Below, piece by piece: positions 41,081 to 53,000 of a stretch of 64,000 nt of DNA; positions within the stretch are counted from its first letter, which is position 1; each line of letters opens with the position of its first letter. The translations under genes were made by a program, and so were the position numbers. Source of the stretch: Ptychomitrium polyphyllum (Eukaryota); assembly GCA_973851085.1 (NCBI GenBank), contig OZ316775.1, positions 13,392,001-13,456,000 on the forward strand. The letters are read 5' to 3'. The notes under the pieces are model-generated. The model made no database searches and was not told the DNA's origin. It saw only the letters and a program-made list of their open reading frames with translations.

Positions 41081-41215
41081 TTGCCACGCTGGTTTAACGG
41101 AGTGTACAGTTTGTTTACGTGCCACGTGGCCGCGTTGCACACTTGGATTTCTGGCCCTCCATGGGATCTGCCAGACACCACGGGTTTGGTAGCGTGGACG
41201 TGCCATGTGGAGGCG
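41081..41215. promoter_or_regulatory. G-box/ABRE cluster upstream of the PLD leader
   Basis: TACGTG overlaps the perfect palindrome GCCACGTGGC (41121-41130), followed by CGCGT. A further GACGTGCC lies near 41197. Confidence 0.5.
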
Positions 41216-42441
41216 GTGGGTAGGAGGGCCACCCATTGCAAGTGTTCCTTTCGCCCAAGAATTTTTATTCTTAATTTTGTTTTTTATGCCGCATCGTAAA
41301 TTCCGCTGAAGGCTTTCCAGCAGACTGAAGACTTCGCGATTCTGCCCTTCATAATGATATGTTTCCTGGAATTGGAAAATGTTTGGAAATATCACAAGAA
41401 AGGGCTCTTGTGCCCTTTACATTCGATTCATCCAAGGTTATGTGTTCACATCTTATTCATTCATTTAAACAACCTTAATAAAGAATAGTGCATAAACAAC
41501 ATTAAAAGGTAAAAATGGAATTTACAAAAACATTAATGAATATTATTCAGTTCAACTAAAGATGTTCTACACATATCTAATTTATAACTCATCAATGTTC
41601 ACATATATGTTTCTTCAGCTTTCATTCAATTTTCTTTGAATTCGTAATATAGTATAGCATCTACTTTTCTTGAAAGATACTAGTCCTACACTCTCAGAGA
41701 TATGAATACATGGTAATGAACAAACAAAATACCTCATTCTTGTTGGCCCTTCAAAAATGAATTCTTCTTTTGTTCTTTTCTTTCTTTAAATGGTTCAAAT
41801 TTCTCCCTTCCAAATCTTGTGTATTTATTCACCATGGAATAAATATGCCCTTTGCAAATTCCGAAAGAAAATCTCAAATATAAACGACAAATCTAATTTT
41901 TTCAAATTTTTGAAATTTGGATATTTTTAATAATTATCAGTAATATGTCCCTAATATTATCATTAATACTGATTTTCCTAGTAGGATTATTTATTTCCCT
42001 ATTGTAGAGCACAAGTACAAATCAATCACCCCCAATTTGTATTTGAAGCTTCACATTCCAATGGTGCATATACTACACTCCTCAAGAATGTTACACTGCG
42101 CTTTACTTGTAGTTGAAGGAAAAAATGCTTTGTTCCCATTAGCCTTTGAGGACCGTAGTTCCTCATTGTCTACCAAATAGATTGAACTGAGGACATGCTA
42201 CAAGAAGAGTGTATCAGAAGATGCCACGACAAGATTCCACCCGAGAGTGGCATCAAATGAGTTGCAATGAGTTAGAATAGTTGTCCTTCCCAAGCAACGT
42301 CAATCGGCATCACCCTAGCAGGAAAGTAGAAACAAATCTAGAGAGTGCATTCGGAACACAGGAAGAGATCACATCAGGCTCATGTGTGGTGAGAAACAAA
42401 GTGAACTGATAGTTTGAAAGAGAAGGTGGCTGGGGAAACAA

Positions 42442-42478
42442 GGATATTCTCATGGCACCCATGAATTGTGGCATATTC
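42442..42478. promoter_or_regulatory. Pair of P1BS (GNATATNC) phosphate-starvation elements, 21-bp spacer
   Basis: GGATATTC at 42442-42449 and GCATATTC at 42471-42478, with GCACC in the spacer. A single P1BS, GTATATTC, lies at 38673-38680. Confidence 0.4.
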
Positions 42479-45289
42479 TCTAGTGATGCCAGGCGTTAAT
42501 TGTTTCTTCCCTTCGCCAGTTACGGCACCCAGTGATATGCCATACAAATATTCCTTATCAGTCTAGACGACTCAGCATCTGTTTTCCACTCTTAGTCGAG
42601 CAAATTTGAGTTTTTACTTTGCCTTCTTACCTCACTGTCTGTTCAGGAAATCTCTGATATATCCATGTTGCTCTGTGAAATATTGGAAGGAATGTCTTTA
42701 CAGAACACAGAATTTCTGTCGGTATTACTGGAATCATCCGGTGGAATAATATCCCACTGGTTCGCAAACATCCAAAGCGTAATATCCCTTTCCCTTTGTT
42801 TTCCTCCCGCTTTGATCCATTTGCCTCAGGTGGCCTCTTAGAATCTGCTTCCCGGGCTACTGAGAAATTACCTAAGAATCTCGCACCAACTTATCAGACG
42901 ACCAATTTGGAAGGAAGGTATAAATTTTCACAAACCTCAGATTATACTAATTAAACTACTCGGCTTTTCTTGAACTCAAGTTAGGAGCAATCCATGCGGT
43001 AAATATTGCTTTGCAGTAGGTTGACACCCCAGGTATGAAATTATCGTCGGTTTTAAAACGTTTCCCTGCTCATATGCACTGAACGTCTGTAAGGGACACT
43101 TGTACAGTTGAATCTCAGAGTAGTCGTCGGACGATTGCATATCTGATTTGTCAATCCCGAGATTCTTTGTCCCAAATAGTAGCCTGATCACACACCGCTG
43201 CACTGCTGCATCTAATGAATCGTACTCACTTTCAGTGGTCATGTAAAGTGTGTTTACTCGTGAAGCTAGTGCAATGCTTGGCAAGCATGTGATGACCATG
43301 GTACCATATTTCAGATCGCACTTGGTAGTCTCAAGTAAATGTTAATTACAGTAGTCTAGAGCAACCAATTTTTGAGTTTGCAGTAGACATGTTGCTGCTC
43401 AATAATGTTTATAATAAAACCTAAGATATTTTTAATTCTGTTACTGAATGGGCTTGTCTAGAAAAACTCAGAATTGTTCCCACTCGATATTGATCACTAG
43501 AATTGATACTTTATCACGGACTTAGGTACTAAAGTGAAAAGGAATGAGCCTTTGGTGTTTAGGGTCCAAGTGCAATCAAAACTTCTTATGCTTCCGGTGA
43601 TATTAACCATCTTAAAGCAAGGCAGTCTACGCTTGGGGAAGCCCAATACTGTACAGTAGTGTACAAAGCACACCTGATCTTAAATAATAATCTAACAATA
43701 TGTGCAGGGTCACTTTGTCATAGTTGGCATATGGCATGATGGCATGATGGCATAGTCATAGTAAAGAATCCACGGTATAGTTCTATCATCTAACTATTCA
43801 ACATCCGCCTTTCAAAGTCAAACATATCCACCAAAGACTAAAGACACATACAATCAGCCTCTGGAGCAGAAAAGAAAAAATATTTAAAGAGGTATAACAT
43901 ATAACAAATAAAGAAAGTCAGTTTTCAAAAAATCACATTTATGTAGATAACATTAATAAAAGATGAAAAGTAACAATTATCAATAATGAGAAATACATAT
44001 GGAGTAACATAACAATGAAAAAAAATTACTACATTAACAACTATATTATTGGAAAATATTTATCAAGAGTACTTTGGTGAATGCACTAAATTTGAAGTTT
44101 TGCTAAATCCTTTTCGATAGATTTTGGTTTGTAACTAAGATGATCCACTTGTCATGGGATGTTGTTTAATATAAGTGTGGAGAAGCTAAAATGCTTTAAT
44201 TACAATTGAAAATTCAAATTGTAGAGGTGGTTGCATCAACTATATCACTTCATCTTCCACTTCTTGACATACATTGTTTATTTGTACCGTCTAAACAAAA
44301 AAGGAACATTGATAGCTCTTCAAAATAATTTATACTAATAAAAGAAGGCTACATAGAAAATTCTAAAGCATAATCCTAAATTTATTCATTTTCATATAAG
44401 GATTTACAAAGGAGAAAGCATAAATTTTCTCAACTTATGTAACATTTATCATATAGTATTTACAAGTGTATTTTTTTCAAGAGAGCCAAAAAATTAACAA
44501 TTAGAACATTATAAAATTTAAAGAGGTAACATTTAAGAATGGTCAACTAATGTAAGCACAAAAGAAAATCTGTCTCTCGCTTGCTAGAAGCTAAAAACCA
44601 AGCAACAAATGTTAAGAAATAATTTCAATGGAGAAAGTGACCTTACCTCATGGCAATGGGGGTTTTGGAGAGCTGGAGTTGTGGAGTTGTGGAGTTGTGA
44701 AGTTGACAGACAGGTCGCGGAGGGAGGTCAGTGGCATCATTGGGCGACACTCGGCGTTGGAGCTCGGTGCCAGGCGTGGAAGGTATCAGTAGTCCATGCT
44801 CTGCTCTTGAACTGTCCATGACCTGAATCTCCTGGTGATTAATGAGGCGCAAAGGCGGCTTGCGTCTTCCGGAGCTTGTTTTCGAAGCCGTCGGTCACAT
44901 ATGTTTTTGGGCTGCCGTGATGGATGATGAGCTATCTGATTGAGCACCATTTGTGTTTGTTTTCCTAACGAACAAGTAAACCATTTAAAACCATACGTGA
45001 GAATTATATCTACAATGAATGCACTCAATATCCGATGTCGACAAAGGACTTACTGAATTTGATTGAAGAAGCAAGCTATTATTCCTCGGGGTCGAGACCT
45101 TTGAGTTAATAGATAGTGACATGCATACTTGATTCATAGCAGAAAACTTTCTTGTACCTGGTAAGACCATTTCCTTCTCCCATGGCGATGATCGTAGGTG
45201 ATGATATTGAGATACCGCCAGGTTCACTTAACACCGAGTTTCTAGCATTCAAATTCCCAGGAAACTTTCATCTCTGTCATCTGAGAAGA

Positions 45290-48200
45290 CATGAGAACCC
45301 AATTTCAGCCATTTCTTTGCGTCCTTGAGAACCAAATATTAAAGCTCTGATCGGCACAAACTTAATGATACATTATTGGTGGTCATGTTCACAACTAAGA
45401 AATAGAAGTCTTTTATTGGAAAAGAATTCATCTAAACCAGTATATTACCTGGGAAACAAGAGCATAGAGTGGCATTGTGCTGTAGCTACAAATGAGCTGT
45501 ACAAGCATTCTGCACGTAGTTCATCTCTAGTGTTAGATGCTGCACTGCTGGAATTATCCTTCAGCATTAATATTTGAGTAGAACTAAAGTTGGCGTGTGG
45601 AAACGGGTACTCGATTGCAAGAGATATATACAAAAATGCTTTGTATTCCTCTAGTAGACATGATTGAAAACCGAATTGCCACTGCAACGATACATAAATT
45701 TCAAACAAGTCTCTAAATATTATCAGCTTTTGATGATCAACAATTTCAAGCAAATCTGTAATAGGTTAAAAATTAAAACTTATTAGGAGTCCATATGTAT
45801 AACACGTACCACTTGCCAGATAAATGTCGCGAACTCGAAAGCATTCTGCAAAACATAAAGCCAACGAGAGATGGATCCCCACTGTTTGCGTAATATGTGC
45901 AAAGATTATATAATAATACAGCTCGTGATGCAAATGATATTCTTTGAAGCCATACTTGGAAGAGAATCAGGTTGATGACATGGAGGAGTGCGGGGTGGTT
46001 GAACCAAAACAATTGGTCACGAGGCTTCAGCTGTGTGCCCAAGAAATGCGTCGGAAAGGGTAGTGCACCGGTAGACTCCATTGCCAGAGTTGCTACAACG
46101 TGCTGCAGATTCATACCTACAACTAGAAGGACCTGCCCATGATTATAAAAGGATTACACTAACTTTCAGAAATTAAATTTGAAACATTTCCAAGAAACAA
46201 AAAAATTTGCTCCATCGTAGAAAGGTTGTCTATTTAAAGATTGTGCAAGGTGGTATAACTGCGGCATTTCTTACCACTACGGGGACGAATGATAACCAGA
46301 AATTCAAGTTTACTCCATGAACGTTGAAGAGCAAAAAGCTTATGACGAATGCCCATAGCCAAGCACTGCAGCAGGATAGACAAGTCAAACGAGTATAAAA
46401 GGGAATAGAACTCTAAATTCCCAAGGAAATGATGTATCCCAATACCAGACAATACTTGTATGTCAATGACGGTTTCAAATGTTCATGATATAGGTGCTCA
46501 CCTAAAACCAATTTTTATATCTTCGTATAAAGGCTTTTCCTTATTCCAACAACCTTTTCAAATTCGTCCTCCATGCTTCGAATCATGTACCCACGAAAAC
46601 TGTAACGATGCGGCAACTTATGCATATGCAAAGGAAAAAGTCCCTTTCTAATGTCATTAGTATGCGTGATGTTAACGTGTTAAGTTTTGATTCTCCAGTG
46701 ACACCTACGCACTGCGATGAACATTCAAGAGCATTCAAAGAGTAAGTAAGCAACTTACTGTAATGAAGCTAAAGCAAAGCGTAAGGTAGTCTGCCCGGGG
46801 GATATGAAACTGCTGGAAAAAGCACACCTGGAACAAGGAAATGAGCCGAGAGATGAGCACCTTCGAATCCAGATAGTACATACCTTACTACAGTGTCTGT
46901 ATGGGTTGATAAAAATCCTCTTCGCAGCACCTTATGTATCTCTCAGGACTGAAAATAGCCTCTATTTATGTTATTGGAAAATTAAAATTTGGCTGCTCCG
47001 ACAAGGGTACAGTCTCACGTAGCAACTGTTGAAAATGTTCACAAACTAATGATACAATCTTGGCGTTCATTTGACAGCTCTAATCCTCAGCCCAGAGGAT
47101 GTAATATCCATGGTATTCTATAGAATATCAAGACTTACCACCCACACAATGAATCTTGATCTGATCCATGGTTTGGATGTGTGATACCTCATAAATGTGG
47201 ACTGTCGACTATAGCTGACATTATTTACAACAAGTTCTGCGTTCAAGAATGGTTTGGCGCATACTTTCGAACTCAGTTGTGGAACCTTTCAATATAATCA
47301 CAACGCTGTTGAGTTTGTTTCACAAGCGGTATGCATGCAAGAAAGAAATGTGCACTAGATTTAGCAAACCTTCCTGAATCTTGACAAATTAAAAAAGATG
47401 TTTAGCATCATGGCACGCATCAAGATCGTTACCTGCCATTGCATTAGGAGATTTTTCTTCGTTGGCTGCGACTTCCAGTTTTTTCCAGCTGTGCACCTGA
47501 AATTAATATGTAGTATTAGAATCTACCACTTCATAAAACAACGATTTCATGATTATGAGTCACCTGCAAACTCTCCACCCTACTAGAGGCAACGACATGC
47601 ATGTACAAGTATGTTAGGTTTGTCCAGGCAAGTCTTGCCTTGGCAAGGGCAAGGACCATTGTGATACAAGAGTAGACAACACGAGCTGCAGCAAGAACAA
47701 AGATGAAAATGTGAAGTTGGTGAAGGCCTTCCATCGAGAGGGATGGCTCGTGGCCCTACAGCACACAAATCGCCAGCACAGTATGAAACTATGCATACAG
47801 GTTAACGACAACATCCATAAGTATTGAAATTGCATTAAGATGCTACTAAAGAGGCAACTATATGTATATGAAGCATTCAATTGTATCTATTACTGCTGGG
47901 GTCACATTGCATACCTCTGGGCAAACTGACCCACTTGGCGCTGAGGCTACGAGCCTCCTTCGGCCATGGCGCTGCTCCGTTGCGAAGTGAAGTCTGAAGC
48001 TCCCAGCCATTTGGAGAATTTCTTAGATCCCTCTGCAGGATCACGTATTACCGGCAACTTGCACGGTAACCATTTGGTGTAGAGAGATGACCGGATGCAG
48101 ATCTTGGAAAAGTGGTCTTGCAAAACTGTGAGTGTCGGGGAAATGAATCCTACTAGCATAAGCTCTGTGGACGTGAATCAGAAACAAGAAAAAATGAGAA

Positions 48201-48894
48201 ACTACTGAACAGATCTTCTCGGATGAACGCCAGTGTAAAGATTATGTGATGCACTTAGAGAAATCAAGAATCAGTTTTATTGTACCCTAACTAAGTACCT
48301 AGTTAAGGACCCAGAGAGTGCTGCCCTAATTTATGCTCTCAGTACCAAGTATGCCAACTGCAAGGCAAAAATTGCACAAAGCTTGATATTCTAGCTATCA
48401 AATAGAATAGAAGTAGAACAATGCTGCATCCAGAGGAAACACCTACCATCTTTCACCTTTTGCAGAGCATGAAACAGCGACATTTGCCTGGCCCTATGCG
48501 AGTGCTGCAAGTGAAGCCCACAGAACATCATACATCAGTAAGCATAAGGATCTGCAGCAGCTAAATGACGGCGCCGTTGGCACGCCTACAAATACTACTT
48601 TAGCCGTAAACGTAAGTTAAATCACATCAACCACAGCACGAGTATTGGTGTGGATGGATCATGCCTTTGATTTGTTAATAGTTCTCAAGAGCGAGCCAAG
48701 ACACAGCTGGACCAAGAAAGACGTGCAAAGAGGAGCTGGAATAATGAATATAATTCAAGATGGAAACTTACACTACCAAGGCTATGGAGGGACCGCTCCA
48801 CCACGAAGGAGATGACTACAAAGATGCTAGAAACAGTGGACAGCGCCCATGTGGGCGTGAACTCGTCCCCAGTCGCAGCTGCATCTCCAGCCGT
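45290..48894 (-). pseudogene. MLO: MLO-family seven-transmembrane protein pseudogene
   Basis: Exons encode EFTPTWAL, ELMLVGFIS, EGLHQLHIFIFVLA, DYLTL, YMIRSMEDEFEKVVGI, DQLFWFNHP, ILFQNAFE and CSYSTMPLYALVSQ. Lesions: ACG in place of ATG at 48894; frameshift in exon 48164-47915 giving TAG at 47947; exon 46625-46540 has acceptor CAT and donor GA; C-terminal exon appears truncated. Confidence 0.88.
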
Positions 48895-50039
48895 GCCGAT
48901 CCACAACCAAATCCTTCTCACCACCCTTGCTTCCAACCTCGTTTGTCAATCAAATCCTCTTCTGATTCTGAGCAGCGTTCACGGTGGTAGTACTCACTAC
49001 AGCCAGTGTAGTATCTGCATCTCCTGCCTCTCTGCTGTAGGTCTAATTACTTCAAATAGTTGGCAAACCCAAGATAGGCACTTGGAAGCAATGGAACTCG
49101 AAACTCTTCCACTGTATTACACTAAATTGCGACTTCCAAAGCTCATCTGGTGGACTATGCTGCAGGTTAATAATAATAATATAATTACTATCACCATCAT
49201 CTTTATTATTTTTATTATTGTTATTAATATTGCAGCGCCGACTCCCTTCCTACCGGTAATTCTTCATTTCCCAGCTTGACCCAAGTTAAAACCACATCAC
49301 CATTTTCCAGTTCGACCCGGTTGTGCTCTCACCCCGCCCTCGTCCAAAGTCCACAGCAGACCGCGACAAGCATCATCAATGCACAACACAAGCTGTACGG
49401 ATGAGTACCGAATCCTGAAATTCTTTTGCATCAGTTACACACATGTTCTGGATAAGCACGACCCGCTTACTTAGTACAGCTGAAACGAAACGTGGACAGC
49501 ACAGGAGCCAGTGAGCACTCAGCTGATGCTTCAAAGACTGCGGTCGGGGAACAGTGCACCACCTTTCCAAAGCAGGATGAGATGAATCGTATTGCATGCA
49601 GCTCGAGGCACTTGCGAAGAGGACCGCATCGCGGGGATCAATATGACTGGTCGGTGATTGTCAAGTCGCTCGCTGTGAGGGTGTCCCGCCATGCACAGGA
49701 TCAATGGATCATCGGTTAGAAAAAGAAACGAGAATCGAAAAGGAGTTGTTGCGATGGAATAATGACGGAATCCACTCCGCCTGCGCTGATATTTAGAGCT
49801 GCCAGGGATAAGAGAGTGCAGTGAGGTTGGGCATTCACAATGGACCCATGGCCTTGACCAAGCCTGCGCACACTCTCCCTCTGCCTTTGCGCTTCGTCCT
49901 TTTTCTGACTTCAGTCCCTCAAGGGCGTCGACACTCCGTTGTTCACTCGCGCCGCTCAACAAGCTCCCTTATTTGCATACCTTCGTCACCGAAAAAGCTG
50001 CAATTGCATTGCCAAAACCTTGCTCTATTCAAGCATGAG

Positions 50040-53000
50040 GGAGTTTGTGCACCTACTCACCAAACTAAGTCTCATGCCTTCATGCATTTCCATATACCTC
50101 CACTATCATTTGTTGTTCATTTCCCACTTTTGAATCTTCTTTGATTTTTTTATAACATCCTACATAATTGATCTATACCAATACTTCAATATATTACAAG
50201 ATGTAGCTATTTGTACATTTTAAACAATAAAATTTATTTATAAAATATATATTAAATATAAAAACTAATAAGGCAGCCATCACATCTTCAATGTAATGGT
50301 GTATAACATAGATTTGTCAACAAATGTAAAAGAAAATAAATTATGAAGTAAACATTAAACAACAAACAATAAAATTTAAAAAATAATAAACAATAAACTA
50401 TTAAAAGTTTTAAAAAAAAAGTTTTAAACTAAAAAGTACAAGAAATAAGTAAGTAATTAATTAATCAATTAACTAAAAATTATTTTTTAACTAATTTCTT
50501 CATTTCTCTTAAGTAGTTTCTATATTTATAATAATTTGCTTATAATAACTTACTTTGAATTTTTGCATTTTAAATTTTTTATAAAATCATCCTTTCAATT
50601 CTTTACTTTGCACATTTTTTTTTTTAATTTTATAATTATATCCATATTATATATGGAAATTAAATCCATCTTATATGATAACACCACTCTTAGAATGAAT
50701 TTATTTGACACATCTATGAAACATATTCTATTGTATGACATTAATGTTTATAAGTTCAACTTCACAATTGAATTGAAAATTTAATGTTTACCACATGAGA
50801 AAAAAATTCCTAGAAAAAAATGAAGAAATCAATTATTTCACATAAAATGAACTTAAAGTTTGTCTTTAATTTTTGAAAATTTATAATAAGCGTTGATACA
50901 AAAATACACAATATTAACATGTTATAGAGCCAACATGTTTTTTCTTTTTATAGCTTCTACTATTTATCAAAATCTTGAAAACTTAGAAACTTTAGTGTAC
51001 TTAATATTGATTCTTTAAAGATGAGGCGCCAAAATTAGCAATCTGGTATTATCTCAATTTGTCATCTTTAATGCATGAAATTTGGAGTGAAAATGCTTTG
51101 TTTACAAAGTGGTATTACAGTCATACATTAAATAAAACCCCCTCAACTTGTGTTTTTGGAGTGAATTCTTTTGATAAAGAATAATTCTGACAATTTATAA
51201 CAATAGCATTAAAACAATCTCCGTTTGGGGAGCAGTTGGGGTCTCCCCTGTGCACTGTCACGTGATATAGTGCTTCAGAACAATAATGCCCCTTTACGCA
51301 TGTATGAACTCCTGCAAATTTCTAGCTTTCTTGGCAGGCCTTCACCTGAGACTCTAGAGGTGCTTAGATTTTCTACATCATCTCAGAAGGTCCTCCTGAA
51401 GGAGTTCCTTGAGCATTATGGTCACTGCGCATTCAGAGCCATCATGAAACAATGCTCCGAGTCTTCCATATTTTGTGACTTTTGCACATCCAAATAATTG
51501 CCAGTGTGTATCTATCCTTCACACGTTGGTACTACTCTGTCACACCAGTTCCGTTAATCTGGGATGAAAGAGATGCATTTGGTGCTTCTACATATAGTGG
51601 ATTCAGAATGTTGTGACCTTCATGAATGAAGTTGCAGGGATGCTCAGAGGATGAAGCCCAGGTGATAAGCAGGGAGGCTGTAATTTCAGAATCTCCACAA
51701 GGACCATCAGCTTACACCACATATCACCTATCTCCAATTAATTGGCTTAAATACTTGACAGTCTAACATGATTTGCACGTATGTAAGTTCAGCAGTGTAA
51801 GCTACATTGTTGAGTCTGCTTCTCAATGTCTGTTCAATTTGTCAGTTGATCTTCTCTTCGCCGTATGATCAGGCAAATAATTCCCCTGTTACGCACAGAC
51901 ACAAGGGGTCTGGGGAATTTGCTATGTCCACTTTCTGATTGATGTTAACACAAAACTCAGGTATTACTTGAGTGGTATCCTGGTGATATTGGTGTGGGAT
52001 CCAAGCAATACTCAGGCAAGGTATCTTGTAAAATGAATAAGATTCTGTGTTGTAAAGCTGTGAAGCTGTTTTCAAGAGAATATGCATACTGTTGCTTCAA
52101 TCTGTTGTACTTTTGGAATAATATGTGAGGTGCAGTATAATATAAGGTGATGAGATCAGTGAGCATGCTTAGCCTAAGTTGACTAACAACAAAGATCATC
52201 ATCCTGTACTTACACTAAGGGAAGAGGAAGTGGAGGTCTTGGTCAGGCACAAATGCTTGAAGCATGATTAGATCTTACAGAAAAATTTCCATGAAATCTT
52301 AAACAATTTGGTCTTTCTGAGGGAATCACCCTTCCCTAAATTGTTAAAACAGAGGTTCCGGTTTCATGAACCACCTGCTTTCAAAAGCACACCAACTAAG
52401 GTATTTGGTGGACCTTTCTGAGATATGTGAAACATATTCTATCAGAAATTGTACCTGGAAAACCATGGCTCTCTTTGTGTTGGGCCAACAAAGGTTGAGC
52501 TCACTTACATTCACATGGAAATTTAAAATCCCATTGCCATCGTTGAAGGCTAGAATAGGAAAGAAGAATTAAATAATCAAACTGTTTAAATTTATTTCGA
52601 AATTTCTAAATCTAAATGGATTTTCCAAAATGATTTTAAAAAAAACACTGTCATCTTTTTAAATAAAAAATCTGAAAATTTGAAAAAACCTATGCTACAT
52701 CTAACCTCCTATGAGTAACTGCACAACATTTTTTGAATTCAATGGTCTATCACCTAAAGATATAGAATCTGCACACTTCCACTTTCAACAATTGAGTATA
52801 TATACAAATGAATAAGCCTACAAACAGTAGTTTCAGTTTTACACATGTATAGAGTTCAAAAAGAAGTCAGAAAATCACAACTTTTGGAATCTACATTCTT
52901 TTAAATTATTGAAGCTCAATGAATAGAAATTGTCCAAAATGTCAAAAGCAGATCTTTATTAGAAGAAGCTGTTCCAACAATATTTTATCTTCTGATATTA

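Noticed and set aside
43725..43762. Short tandem repeats (GGCATGAT; also TGAACGC near 11175, GTTGCR near 40995 and ATATGTTGCATTATT near 58118)
   Set aside because: Ordinary slippage repeats without unique spacers; not CRISPR-like.
51213..51226. 14-bp match AACAATCTCCGTTT with the reverse strand near 34345-34359
   Set aside because: Matches of this length are expected by chance in a 64-kb AT-rich window.
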